DNA from: a virus
Taxonomy: Duplodnaviria > Heunggongvirae > Uroviricota > Caudoviricetes
Reading direction: 5' to 3' (one strand)
Length of the DNA stretch: 64,000 bases
IMG/VR virus record: IMGVR_UViG_3300026078_000021
Location: 51,539 to 115,538 of that record
The translations under genes were made by a program, and so were the position numbers. The notes below the pieces were generated by a model that saw only the letters and a program-made list of their open reading frames with translations, was not told the origin of the DNA and did not search any database. Positions 1 through 8,024 of this stretch are shown here, piece after piece. Numbering within the stretch: the stretch's first letter is position 1; each line of letters starts with the position of its first letter.

Positions 1-520
1 CGTCCTGGACCCGCGCGCGCAGGTCACCCGTACGCTGGTCCACCAAGGCGTTGACGGCTACCTGCAAGGGGCCGTAGTCCTCCTGCGGCGCCGGGCGCGC
101 GGCGGCGCTGGCGGGCTGCTGTGGGGCCGGCGCGTCCTGCACGGGCGTGGCGCGCGGCGGCGCTGGCGGCGCGGCAGCCCTTGGCGCGCGCGGGTCGTTC
201 GCAGCGACCCAATACGTTGACGGCGAGTGGCCGCCACCGCGCTTGAGAACCACCGCGTACCCGAGCTTGACCATGCGCGGCTGAAGTTTGGTGTACTCCC
301 GGGACCGCTGCGCCTGGGACATGCGCGGCCACAGCACCTCGAACAGGGCGGTGATCGAACCTTCCCACGTGTAGCCGGGCAGGCCGCCTAGGTCGTGGCG
401 CGCGCCGCTGGAGGCCTCTTTGAGCATTTGCCGCCAGACGGCGAGCATCGCGGCGTCGTAGTCGACGCTCGGCAGGAAGGGGACGGCGGAACTCGCCTGG
501 GTTTCTACGGTGGGTGCCAT
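1..520 (-). CDS. hypothetical protein (N-terminal part; CDS runs off the window start)
   Basis: Manual translation of the minus strand from ATG at 520-518 gives a protein-like N-terminus (MAPTVETQASSAVPFLPSVDYDAAMLAVWRQMLKEASSG...) that stays open to position 1. It is absent from the ORF track because no stop lies inside the window. Confidence 0.45.
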   Translation of the reverse strand, partial: MAPTVETQASSAVPFLPSVDYDAAMLAVWRQMLKEASSGARHDLGGLPGYTWEGSITALFEVLWPRMSQAQRSREYTKLQPRMVKLGYAVVLKRGGGHSPSTYWVAANDPRAPRAAAPPAPPRATPVQDAPAPQQPASAAARPAPQEDYGPLQVAVNALVDQRTGDLRARVQD

Positions 521-558
521 GGCCGCATAGTATAGACACTCTTGACGCTTGGTAAATG

Positions 559-1137
559 TTAGCTGGCCCAGGCCGCGACGGCGTCCACGTCAAGCTGTGT
601 AATCCCTACTGAGGGCCTGACACCGTGAAGCAGCGTCGGCGCACCGCCGGCGGTGCGTTGCGCCGCCCACAGCAGGTCACCCGGTTCAAAATCATCGTCG
701 AACCACGCGAACGGACGACCGTTCGCGTACTGCTCGACCGCGTCGCGTTTCCAGATGCGACCCGGCGTCCGCTCGACGTATTGCGGCAGCGGCACCACCG
801 GCAAATCGGTCGGCAGTCCGATCGCCGGCGCGATCAACGTGTTGGCGAGATCCCCCCACGCTGTAGCCCACACCAGCTCGAACACGTCGGCGATGGCCAG
901 CAGCATCGGCCCGTGCGCGGCGCTGAGCCACACCCGCATGCCGTGCTCGCCCGCCACGCCCCAGCGCTGGACCGGCGGCTGATCCGGCGTCCATACCGTG
1001 ACCAGGCGGTAGGTGTCGTATCCGGCCGGGCGCCTGTGGGGTTTGGCCTCGTACGGGTTAAGGGGCCCGTCCACATCCAAAAGCAGCAATGGCTTGGCAC
1101 GGTTGTCGGTCATGTGTTCATCGTACAGAACGATCAA
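559..1137 (-). CDS. HAD-superfamily hydrolase/phosphatase-like protein
   Basis: 192-aa ORF. The N-terminal 'LLLLDVDGPLNPY' resembles HAD motif I (DxDG). No paralog seen elsewhere. Confidence 0.5.
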   Translation of the reverse strand: MIVLYDEHMTDNRAKPLLLLDVDGPLNPYEAKPHRRPAGYDTYRLVTVWTPDQPPVQRWGVAGEHGMRVWLSAAHGPMLLAIADVFELVWATAWGDLANTLIAPAIGLPTDLPVVPLPQYVERTPGRIWKRDAVEQYANGRPFAWFDDDFEPGDLLWAAQRTAGGAPTLLHGVRPSVGITQLDVDAVAAWAS

Positions 1138-1406
1138 CCGGTGAGTTCGGCCTCACCGAGCAGCAACGCCATGACCCACGACTCGGTGCCCTTAGCCGCC
1201 AACCGCGCGGCGCGGCGCACCCGCGTGAACTGCTCCGCAGTCAACCGCACCGTGATCATGATCGGGCCGATCTGCGCCTCGCTCAGGGTCAGGCCCTGGG
1301 CGTCAGCCTCGTCGGCTGCCTCGTCGATGTGCCGCATCGACTGCTGCACCAGGCCCCACACCTGGTTCAACAGGTCAGCCGCGAACTGATCGGGCGGCAC
1401 ACTCAC
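1134..1406 (-). CDS. hypothetical small protein
   Basis: 90-aa ORF whose stop overlaps the next gene; acidic and helical in character. Confidence 0.4.
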   Translation of the reverse strand: MSVPPDQFAADLLNQVWGLVQQSMRHIDEAADEADAQGLTLSEAQIGPIMITVRLTAEQFTRVRRAARLAAKGTESWVMALLLGEAELTG

Positions 1407-1579
1407 GCCGCGACGTCCTTGACCACGCTCTCGGCGGTCGCCTCGGCACCGCTCTGCACGTCCTCCGCCGCCTGCTGCACCTTCGGCTTCAGCTCGTCCA
1501 ACAACCGCTCCAACTCGTCGCCAGCCTCGTGGAACAGCTCACGGACACGGTCACCAAGGGTGTGAAAGATGTTCGTCAT
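1403..1579 (-). CDS. hypothetical small protein (58 aa)
   Basis: ATG at 1579-1577 gives MTNIFHTLGDRVRELFHEAGDELERLL.... The longer ORF-track version (1403..1798) runs into tRNA genes, so it was shortened. Confidence 0.4.
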   Translation of the reverse strand: MTNIFHTLGDRVRELFHEAGDELERLLDELKPKVQQAAEDVQSGAEATAESVVKDVAA

Positions 1580-1635
1580 GACGTGGAGTATCCACCAGTT
1601 GTGACGCGGTGAGCAACATGCCGGGCACGCGGAGG

Positions 1636-1721
1636 CGGAGAGTGCGGGAGTCGAACCCACCACCGGTGTCACCCGGCCACGCCCTTCCAAGACGCTCGGC
1701 CCGCCACATGCCGGACTCTCC
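1636..1721 (-). tRNA. tRNA-Ser(GGA), class II with long variable arm
   Basis: rc T-loop AGTCGAA; 7-bp acceptor GGAGAGT/ACTCTCC; anticodon stem GCGTC/GGCGT; loop TTGGAAG; 86 nt; discriminator G. Confidence 0.8.
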
Positions 1722-1725
1722 AGGG

Positions 1726-1812
1726 CGGTGGGTGGGAGAGTCGAACTCCCAACGGCTGTGACACCGCCACGGTTTTCGGGACCGCTTGACACGCTCAACT
1801 GTCGGACCCACC
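1726..1812 (-). tRNA. tRNA-Ser(CGA), class II; anticodon loop CCCGAAA has C at position 33
   Basis: Acceptor GGTGGGT/ACCCACC; T-arm GGGAG-TTCGACT-CTCCC; 87 nt; anticodon stem GCGGT/ACCGT. Confidence 0.65.
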
Positions 1813-1816
1813 CGAG

Positions 1817-1890
1817 CGGGGCTGACGGGACTTGAACCCGCGACCTTCACCTTGACAGGGTGACGAGCACTCCAACTGCTCCACAGTCCC
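1817..1890 (-). tRNA. tRNA-Asp(GTC)
   Basis: Anticodon arm TCACC-CTGTCAA-GGTGA; 74 nt; one A-C mismatch in the acceptor stem. Confidence 0.8.
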
Positions 1891-1894
1891 ACAG

Positions 1895-1977
1895 CGGAAG
1901 AGGACGGATTCGAACCGTCGGGACCGAAGCCCACCGGCTTAGCAGGCCGGCCCGATAGGCCACTCCGGCACACTTCC
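1895..1977 (-). tRNA. tRNA-Ser(GCT), class II
   Basis: Anticodon arm CCGGC-CTGCTAA-GCCGG; long variable arm; T-loop TTCGAAT; U-U mismatch at 6:67. Confidence 0.8.
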
Positions 1978-1981
1978 ACAG

Positions 1982-2052
1982 AACGGATGACGGGAGTCGA
2001 ACCCGCGCTGCCACCGTGGCAAGGTGACGTCCTACCGTTGGACCACATCCGC
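1982..2052 (-). tRNA. tRNA-Gly(GCC)
   Basis: 5' GCGGATG; loop TTGCCAC; discriminator U; 71 nt. Confidence 0.8.
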
Positions 2053-2065
2053 ACGTTACCGCTGG

Positions 2066-2138
2066 TTGCTCGGGCCGGGCTCGAACCGGCTGCCTCCGCC
2101 CTATGAGGGCGGCGCTCTACCAGTTGAGCTACCGAGCC
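2066..2138 (-). tRNA. tRNA-Met(CAT), elongator-type (or Ile2 after lysidine modification)
   Basis: Anticodon arm CCGCC-CTCATAG-GGCGG; D-arm GCTCAACTGGTAGAGC; G1-A72 mismatch. Confidence 0.75.
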
Positions 2139-2139
2139 G

Positions 2140-2213
2140 TGACGCTGGCGGGAGTCGAACCCGCACTGGCAGACACCTCAAGCCTGTCCCTCTGCCCATT
2201 GGGGTACAGCGTC
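2140..2213 (-). tRNA. tRNA with anticodon GAG (Leu, CUC/CUU) but a class I body (5-nt variable loop, 74 nt)
   Basis: Perfect 7-bp acceptor GACGCTG/CAGCGTC; anticodon arm CAGGC-TTGAGGT-GTCTG; variable CCAGT; A73. Paralogous to the next gene. Confidence 0.6.
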
Positions 2214-2217
2214 TCGG

Positions 2218-2289
2218 TGCCGCCCCGGGGAGTCGAACCCCGACTGGCTGCGACCTGAACGCAGTGCCTCTGCCATTGGGCTAGAGCGG
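2218..2289 (-). tRNA. tRNA with anticodon CAG (Leu, CUG) but a class I, tRNA-Gln-like body (72 nt)
   Basis: Anticodon arm CTGCG-TTCAGGT-CGCAG, a perfect 5-bp stem; variable CCAGT; D-arm GCCCAATGGCAGAGGCA resembles the Gln type; A73. Confidence 0.6.
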
Positions 2290-2305
2290 CAAGGTATTGA
2301 CAGCG

Positions 2306-2379
2306 CTCCCGAGCGAGGATTCGAACCTCGAAACCTTCGCGTCCAGAGCGCGACGTGCTGCCAGTTACACCACTCGGGA
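2306..2379 (-). tRNA. tRNA-Gln(CTG)
   Basis: U1-A72; anticodon arm TCGCG-CTCTGGA-CGCGA; G73. Confidence 0.8.
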
Positions 2380-2426
2380 AAGCTGGGGCGGTGCGCGCCC
2401 GGGATGGTCGACCAGACGCGCACCAG

Positions 2427-2500
2427 TCGGGAAGGAGGGATTTGAACCCCCAACGTCCTGGTCCCAAACCAGGCGCCCTGCCAAGTTGGGCCACATCCCG
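2427..2500 (-). tRNA. tRNA-Pro(TGG)
   Basis: 5' CGGGATG; anticodon arm CCTGG-TTTGGGA-CCAGG; T-loop TTCAAAT. Confidence 0.8.
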
Positions 2501-2566
2501 TGGCGGCCGGTCTTTCAACGCACGCGTGCCGGAGGTGTGCCCCGGCTTGGTTCCGGCCGAGCGTCG

Positions 2567-2640
2567 TGGCGGGGACAGGATTTGAACCTGCGACCTCCAG
2601 GTTATGAGCCTGGCGGGCTACCGAGCTGCCCTACCCCGCG
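2567..2640 (-). tRNA. tRNA-Met(CAT), initiator-like (5' CGCGGGG with unpaired 1:72; T-loop TTCAAAT)
   Basis: Anticodon arm CCAGG-CTCATAA-CCTGG; D-arm AGCTCGGTAGCC. Lacks the canonical GGG/CCC anticodon-stem signature, so initiator status is uncertain. Confidence 0.7.
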
Positions 2641-2701
2641 CCGAACTGGCGGCAACCAGTGGTTGTCAACCAGTGTTGCTGCTACTGTATCACGATCTTC
2701 G

Positions 2702-2775
2702 AGCCCCGTCGGGGAGTCGAACCCCGGGCCTGTCGCTTACGAGGCGACCGCTCTTGCCGGCTGAGCTAACAGGGC
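2702..2775 (-). tRNA. tRNA-Thr(CGT)
   Basis: Anticodon arm GTCGC-CTCGTAA-GCGAC; D-arm GCTCAGCCGGCAAGAGC. Confidence 0.8.
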
Positions 2776-2778
2776 CAG

Positions 2779-2850
2779 TGGAGCAGGAGGGATTTGAACC
2801 CTCAGCCGCTTGCTTGCAAGGCAAGTGCTCTGCCAGTTGAGCTACAGCCC
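2779..2850 (-). tRNA. tRNA-Ala(TGC)
   Basis: G3-U70 identity pair present; anticodon arm CTTGC-CTTGCAA-GCAAG. Confidence 0.8.
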
Positions 2851-2920
2851 CGGGGAAACGATCGTGCCCGGCACGACGATAGCCGCCGGCCGGGCACTGG
2901 TAAAGCCGATTGCTTAGCGG

Positions 2921-3244
2921 TTACGGCGAGATCGTGACGGTCTCCCCGGCGTGTATGCCGTTGCACTCGTACCAGCGGCGCATTTCGGCGCCCGCCTCGG
3001 AGTAGATGGAGGCGTGCGTGACGAGCCGGGTGGCCACCAGTTCCACGATGCGGTCGACGGTGGACTGCACGCCCTCGGCGGTGACGCGCGTGACGATCCG
3101 CACGCTTTCGCGTTGGCTGGCTTCGTGCTCGCCGCAGTGCAGGACGGCGTAGCCTTCGGTGGGTTCGTCAAAGCCCATACTTCTGTGTCTGGGCGCGAGT
3201 GCGGTAGAGGACATGGACGCCTCAGATGGAGGACTGGAAGCCAA
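2921..3244 (-). CDS. hypothetical protein
   Basis: 107-aa ORF; the real start may be the internal Met (MGFDEPTEGYAVLHCGEHE...). Confidence 0.35.
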   Translation of the reverse strand: MASSPPSEASMSSTALAPRHRSMGFDEPTEGYAVLHCGEHEASQRESVRIVTRVTAEGVQSTVDRIVELVATRLVTHASIYSEAGAEMRRWYECNGIHAGETVTISP

Positions 3245-3405
3245 CGGGCGCTTGGGCCCTTGCGTTCCGGCGCGCGTCGGCCTGCTGCCTCAAGGTCAAC
3301 GAACGGGTGTCGGGGATCGCGCTGGGTATGGATGTCTGGTCCACGACGGACTCCTCGTATCGGGGACGGGGGTTTGCGGGATTCGCTAGCCCCGCCACGG
3401 TACTA

Positions 3406-3630
3406 CTAATCCGTGTGTGCGGCCAGGGTTTCATCCTCGTCCTGGTCAACCGGTTGCGTATCCGCGACCGCGACGAAACCGAACGGGAACTTCACAGGTT
3501 GACGCACTACCATGTCGCGCAGCAACTGGCGCGCCGCGCGTTTCGCCTGGTGCAGCGTCTTTCGTGACGAGCCCTTGATATGCACATCCACCGCTTGCTC
3601 ACCGTTGGTCACGGTCAGGCGCACTAACAC
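3406..3630 (-). CDS. hypothetical small protein
   Basis: 74-aa ORF with an acidic C-terminus, directly downstream of the GNAT gene. Confidence 0.35.
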   Translation of the reverse strand: MLVRLTVTNGEQAVDVHIKGSSRKTLHQAKRAARQLLRDMVVRQPVKFPFGFVAVADTQPVDQDEDETLAAHTD

Positions 3631-4331
3631 AGCTCCTTGAGTTCACTGGTGCCCGCCGCCCCGAAGTGGCGGCGACACCCGGGTAGGCCCCGCACCTCGA
3701 TCTGGTCGCGAAGCCGCGTGCGGGGCGGCAGCGCCACGTAGGTGTCGCGGGTGAGGGTGTAGTGCAGTTCGAACGTAGGCCGGTCGCGCACCTGGCAGGC
3801 GTGTATGCCGGTCAACTCGTAGCCGAACCTGGCGTTGATGCGCCGCGAGGCCATGTTGTCGCGCAGCGCGACGGTGCGCGCCGCGTACGCGCCGAGCGCG
3901 ATGAACGCCAGGTGCAGCACGGCGGCGCGCATCTCGGTTCCGTAGCCCTGCCGCTGGTAGGGCAGGCCGAGCCAGGAACCGGTGCGTACGGTGCGCTGCT
4001 GCGCGAAGTCACGGGCCGCCAGGCTCTGGACGCCGATCACATCGCCCCAGGTGCCGCGCCGAAGCACGGTGAACTCGCAATCCCAGTCCTGCTCGCTCCA
4101 GGCGTCGCGTTTCTCCCACCACCAGTCCATGACGGCTTCGCCGCGCTGCGCGGGCCCGACGTCGGTCCAGGCGTTGGTGAACGGCTGCACGGCCGGGTCG
4201 TGGATGCCGTCTTCGGCGAGGCCGGCGAGGCGTAGCAGCCATCGCTCGTCGGTGGCGCGCAGTTCCAGGCGTGGTGTGCGTATACTCAGGCCGTTTAGAT
4301 CGTGGTACCGGCGTGTCGTTATCTCGTCCAC
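3624..4331 (-). CDS. GNAT-family N-acetyltransferase (RimL-like)
   Basis: 235 aa; 'WLGLPYQRQGYGTE' matches the Q/RxxGxG/A acetyl-CoA binding motif A. Confidence 0.65.
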   Translation of the reverse strand: MDEITTRRYHDLNGLSIRTPRLELRATDERWLLRLAGLAEDGIHDPAVQPFTNAWTDVGPAQRGEAVMDWWWEKRDAWSEQDWDCEFTVLRRGTWGDVIGVQSLAARDFAQQRTVRTGSWLGLPYQRQGYGTEMRAAVLHLAFIALGAYAARTVALRDNMASRRINARFGYELTGIHACQVRDRPTFELHYTLTRDTYVALPPRTRLRDQIEVRGLPGCRRHFGAAGTSELKELC

Positions 4332-4385
4332 ACCACGTGATACTACTAGTCGGACTCCCGCTGTTTCAGCGCATTAGGTCGAATC

Positions 4386-4904
4386 ATGGTACGAACACTA
4401 AAAAGCTGCGGGACACTCGCCGCGTACCGCCGGCACAAGCGCCGGCGGGAACTGGCGTGCGACGCCTGCGTGATGGCCAGCCGCCTCTACAACTGGGAGC
4501 GCGCGCACCCCGGCGTGCCCTACGCGCCGGCGCGCCACGGCATACCCGAACACGGCACGATGCCGGCCTACCGGCGCCACAAACGGTACGGCGAGACGGT
4601 CTGCGAGCCGTGCCGGCAGGAATGCGCCCGATACGTGCGCGAACGGCGCCACGTGCGCAAACAAGCGGCGCTCGCGCGCCGGCTCGCGCCCGGCGTCCTC
4701 GCGTGGATCTACGCCCAGCACGACGCCGACCAGCTCACGGACATCCTCGGGCTGCCGCGTCAGCTAAACGGGCCCGGGTCAGCCCCGCCGTCCTCGCCGA
4801 AACCGATGCCCAGCAGCCCGAGCGCGTGGTCCACCGCGTCGCACGCCCTCTCGTACGCCTCGTCGTCGCCGGTCGCGGCGGTGGCCTCAAGCAGCGCCTC
4901 GTAG
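4386..4904 (+). CDS. putative DNA-binding protein with a duplicated zinc-ribbon motif
   Basis: GTLAAYRRHKRRRELACDAC and GTMPAYRRHKRYGETVCEPCRQ are a tandem GT-x2-AYRRHKR-x-GE-x2-C-x2-C motif. The C-terminal ~50 aa are low complexity and overlap a convergent minus-strand ORF. Confidence 0.5.
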   Translation: MVRTLKSCGTLAAYRRHKRRRELACDACVMASRLYNWERAHPGVPYAPARHGIPEHGTMPAYRRHKRYGETVCEPCRQECARYVRERRHVRKQAALARRLAPGVLAWIYAQHDADQLTDILGLPRQLNGPGSAPPSSPKPMPSSPSAWSTASHALSYASSSPVAAVASSSAS

Positions 4905-4960
4905 GCGTCGACCAGGCGGCACACGTGCCGCACCGGCACCACACGCGTCGGGGTGATGGT
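4760..4960 (-). CDS. hypothetical acidic protein (start uncertain, non-ATG)
   Basis: Protein-like segment VDAYEALLEATAATGDDEAYERACDAVDHALGLLGIGFGEDGG. The ORF-track start at 5056 would overlap the tRNA at 4989-5062. Confidence 0.25.
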   Translation of the reverse strand, partial: TITPTRVVPVRHVCRLVDAYEALLEATAATGDDEAYERACDAVDHALGLLGIGFGEDGGADPGPFS

Positions 4961-4988
4961 GGGCGTGGTCTCGCTGCGGGCGTTCACG

Positions 4989-5062
4989 TAGGCGCGACAG
5001 GATTCGAACCTGCATGCCGAACGTTTTGAGCGTTCGAGGTCTACCGTTGCCGTCACGCGCCC
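4989..5062 (-). tRNA. tRNA with anticodon CAA (Leu, UUG) but a class I body and an aberrant D-arm
   Basis: Acceptor GGGCGCG/CGCGCCT (G1-U72); anticodon arm GAACG-CTCAAAA-CGTTC; 5-nt variable loop; T-loop TTCGAAT; A73. Confidence 0.5.
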
Positions 5063-5096
5063 GGATGTGAACGCCAGAGTACCAGCCGCTGGATTG

Positions 5097-5318
5097 TCAG
5101 TCGGTGGCCGGCTCGAACGTCACCAGGTAGTTGCCGCCGAGTTCGAACAGGTCGGCGACCTCGTTCTTGACGGTGAGCGAGAAGTCAAGCGCCGGGGTGT
5201 ACTTCGCCCACTGCTTATTGCGCCCGTCCTGGTAGTCAGGCAGGAACTTCAGGGTCGTCTCTCCGGACGCCACCATGTTCTTGCCGGTGTTCTTGACCTT
5301 GGCGGTGATCGCGCTCAT
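5097..5318 (-). CDS. hypothetical small protein
   Basis: Trimmed to the internal Met (MSAITAKVKNTGKNMVASGETTLKFLPDYQ...). Confidence 0.45.
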   Translation of the reverse strand: MSAITAKVKNTGKNMVASGETTLKFLPDYQDGRNKQWAKYTPALDFSLTVKNEVADLFELGGNYLVTFEPATD

Positions 5319-5393
5319 GCGCTTCCTTCGAATCGAGGGAGGGGTTCCCTCCCGCGCGGGCCCTCGAACCACGCGGGAGGGAAGTTCAGGGGT

Positions 5394-5798
5394 TTACTCG
5401 TCCCGGCCGTATGCCTGGTCGCGGGCGCGACGCAGGACACGGATGAGGTCGTTCAGTTCGCTGCGGCTGAAGACCATGGAGAAGGTCTCGCGCTCCTCTT
5501 CCAGCAGGTCGACGTCGCGCACGGCGTCGCGCTTGGCGAGGGCGTCTTCCAGGCGGGATACATACTCTTCCCATGGAACGTTCTTGCGCTCTACCAGGGA
5601 GACCTGCACATTGCCGGTGCGGTCATGTCCAGCGCCGGCCCAGCGCACGGAGAGCTGGGGCCACACGTCGGTGGTGATGGTGCACCCGGGGGGGCAGCCC
5701 TCACCGGGCAGGCAGTCGTGGTGCATTTGCTGCACCACGGGGAAGCCGATCAGTTCTTTGGGCATCACGCCACGCTCCATCACGGAGAGGTTGTGCAT
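5394..5798 (-). CDS. hypothetical protein
   Basis: 134-aa ORF; Cys/His-containing N-terminus and an acidic helical C-terminus. Confidence 0.45.
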   Translation of the reverse strand: MHNLSVMERGVMPKELIGFPVVQQMHHDCLPGEGCPPGCTITTDVWPQLSVRWAGAGHDRTGNVQVSLVERKNVPWEEYVSRLEDALAKRDAVRDVDLLEEERETFSMVFSRSELNDLIRVLRRARDQAYGRDE

Positions 5799-5815
5799 GT
5801 ACGACGGTTGTCGTA

Positions 5816-5886
5816 GAACGCCTGACGGGATTCGAACCCGTGTGCGCGGCTTTGCAGGCCGCCGCCTCGCCTCTCGGCCACAGGCG
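5816..5886 (-). tRNA. tRNA-Cys(GCA)
   Basis: Anticodon arm GCGGC-CTGCAAA-GCCGC; U73; 71 nt. Confidence 0.8.
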
Positions 5887-5889
5887 TAC

Positions 5890-5960
5890 GAGCTGATGAC
5901 CGGTGTCGAACCGGCGTGTCCCGCGTGGGAGGCGGACGCTCTGCCGTTGAGCTACATCAG
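5890..5960 (-). tRNA. tRNA-Gly(CCC)
   Basis: Anticodon arm TCCGC-CTCCCAC-GCGGG; T-loop TTCGACA; U73. Confidence 0.75.
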
Positions 5961-5961
5961 C

Positions 5962-6041
5962 GTGGCGCGTCTAGGAATCGAACCTAGCCAGCGGTGAGCG
6001 ACTGATTTACAGTCAGCCTGACGTCCCAGCGTCGGACGCGC
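5962..6041 (-). tRNA. tRNA-Tyr(GTA), class II
   Basis: Anticodon arm GCTGA-CTGTAAA-TCAGT; long variable arm; acceptor GGCGCGT/ACGCGCC; 80 nt. Confidence 0.75.
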
Positions 6042-6325
6042 CAAGGGTGGGACTACCCGTTGATGGTAGCGCCTTGGCGTCGTCGCAGGTTTTGTGGCAC
6101 GGCTTGCCGGTCAGCGGGTGGCGCAGCAGGGCGGTGCATCCGCAGTACACGCAGACACCCATGGTGCCGAAACGCGCGGCGGGGGCGTGGGACCAGTCGA
6201 CGGCGCCCCAGGGGGTGCGCCCGTTCTTCGCGAGCGCGGCGGTGGAGCGGCGTGGCGGCATGCGCGGTCCTGGTTGTTCTAGGACTGTGGATGCACGAGT
6301 CGCATCATGGGGATAGTACGGTGCT

Positions 6326-6589
6326 CTAAGCGGTAATGCAAGTGCTGGATAACGTGTGGTTGATTCGGCGGGGAAGGGACTGGAGTTTCTCCAGTTCGCT
6401 GGTGTGGTAAAGCCATGCGCCGGACTGCGGGTGCCGACTGTGCGGCTGGCAGTGGCGGCGGATGACGGATACGGCTCTGCGGTAGTAGAGGGACGCCGCC
6501 GCCCGGTCCATCAGTGCGTCGGCGTCTTGCAAGAGGATGACGATCACACGCGCCCCCTGGACTGCGACACGAGTCAAGGGGATGATCAC
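6326..6589 (-). CDS. hypothetical small protein
   Basis: 87-aa ORF in the gap between the tRNA array and the plus-strand GNAT gene. Confidence 0.25.
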   Translation of the reverse strand: MIIPLTRVAVQGARVIVILLQDADALMDRAAASLYYRRAVSVIRRHCQPHSRHPQSGAWLYHTSELEKLQSLPRRINHTLSSTCITA

Positions 6590-6855
6590 CCGGCACCGGG
6601 CTCTATGTCAACCGGTGAACTAGCAGGTCACATGGTAGGACCGGGTAAAAGGGTGCACGCCCGGCCTGTGCGGGGGCCGGGCGTGCGGGTGACGCGGATC
6701 GAGTCAGGACGATGAACGACCGCGTCAGCTCTGGGATAAGAACACCATACCCCTGCGCGGCATGGCGCGCGGGCGTTCCGGCGAATTCCTGCCAGGTTCC
6801 CGAAACCGCCCGCTCCGATATGATCGTCATACCGCCGTGTGGAGTGGAGGAACAG

Positions 6856-7479
6856 ATGGACGACGTCGACTGGGTGCACTTCGGCCCGGCCAACACCGAC
6901 CACGTCCACCAACTCATCGACATGACAGTGGCTTACCTCCTCGAAGGGTTCCAAGCCACCGGGAACGCACCGCTCGGCATGTCCATCGCCCCGCACCTCG
7001 TGACGCTGATGATCCGCCGTCGCGGGCGCGTCGTGGGGTTCTGCGCCGTCGAACTGAGCGGCGCCGTAGAACTGATCTATATCGTGCCGACGCAACGACG
7101 CCAGGGCATCGCCGGCACGGTACTCACCGGCCTACAGGACAGGTGTCCACGGCCCCTGAAACTGAAGAAGCCCCTCAGCCCCGCCATGCAGAGCCTCGCG
7201 CTCGCCCTGGGGATCGGCTCCGACGAACCGGACCCCCGCGAGGTGCACGAAAGCGAACAATACATAGAACACGTGCGCGCGCAAGTCGAGCGCAGGTGCC
7301 CGCACCGGCGCGGCAACCGCTCCCGGTTGTGCGAGCGGTGCTACCGCAAGTACATCACCGCGATCGTACAAGGGGTCGTGGTGTGCTGCGCGGGCCTGGC
7401 CATGGGATGCGGCCCCGAGGAGGCCGCGCGCCGGCTCGGCCTAAGCATTCCAGCGTGGGCCTTCACCGCACACGCGTGA
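6856..7479 (+). CDS. GNAT-family acetyltransferase with a Cys-rich C-terminal extension
   Basis: Shine-Dalgarno GGAGG 7 nt upstream of ATG 6856; 'RRRGRVVGFCAVELSGAVELIYIVPTQRRQGIAGTVL' matches GNAT motif A. The ORF-track upstream extension is unlikely to be real. Confidence 0.55.
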   Translation: MDDVDWVHFGPANTDHVHQLIDMTVAYLLEGFQATGNAPLGMSIAPHLVTLMIRRRGRVVGFCAVELSGAVELIYIVPTQRRQGIAGTVLTGLQDRCPRPLKLKKPLSPAMQSLALALGIGSDEPDPREVHESEQYIEHVRAQVERRCPHRRGNRSRLCERCYRKYITAIVQGVVVCCAGLAMGCGPEEAARRLGLSIPAWAFTAHA

Positions 7480-7634
7480 ATGGGCCACCGCGCCGCCGAT
7501 CGCCGCGCGCATACTGCGGTACACCGCGAAATGCGACACACACGAGACGGGCAGCGTATGCCGCCAGGCCCAATGCCCGCTGCCGCGCAACATGTACACC
7601 TCGATCTCGCTGGCGGGCTCCCGCTCCCCGCCGG

Positions 7635-8024
7635 TCACTTTCCCGTCACCTGCGCCAGAGACGCGGCCACGTCCCCGAGTTCACCATGCAGGCTCAGCAG
7701 TCGGCGCTGGGCCAGACGCATCTGATGCAGCGCGCGGTGCGCCTGGAGGCGCCCGGACGCGGCGGCGTGGGCGTCCACGTGCTCGACCGCGCCGGCCACC
7801 ATGTCGTCGAGTGTGATGTTCAGGGTCTGGCACAACACGGCCAAGACGTGCAGTGCCGGGCGTTGCACGCCGGCCTCGATGTTCGTGATCGAGGTGCGCG
7901 CCATGCCCACGAGCCGTGCCAGGGCGACCTGCGTCAAACCGGCTTGTTTGCGCATCGCGGCGATATCGCCGCCGAGCCGGATGTAGAACGCCTCGGTTTC
8001 GGTTGGGTCCATGGGTTTACTCAC
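7635..8024 (-). CDS. XRE-family HTH transcriptional regulator (Cro/CI-like)
   Basis: 'LTQVALARLVGMARTSITNIEAG' is a classic HTH_3 motif. Confidence 0.75.
   Translation of the reverse strand: MSKPMDPTETEAFYIRLGGDIAAMRKQAGLTQVALARLVGMARTSITNIEAGVQRPALHVLAVLCQTLNITLDDMVAGAVEHVDAHAAASGRLQAHRALHQMRLAQRRLLSLHGELGDVAASLAQVTGK

Noticed and set aside
24-593. 189-aa minus-strand ORF from the track (Arg/Ala/Pro-rich)
   Set aside because: Low-complexity composition typical of an off-frame read in GC-rich DNA. A different minus frame (1..520) gives a convincing protein N-terminus.
625-1389. Long plus-strand ORFs (625..1389 and other R/P/H-rich plus-strand ORFs such as 6762..8159, 9367..10074, 13930..15090, 39443..40657, 41689..43512, 51089..52756)
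   Set aside because: Antisense shadow ORFs of well-supported minus-strand genes. Compositionally Arg/Pro/Gly-rich with no motifs.
1403-2054. ORFs 1403..1798 and 1551..2054 reading through the tRNA array; similarly 60493..61362
   Set aside because: They overlap multiple well-formed tRNA genes. Only the short 1403..1579 segment was kept.
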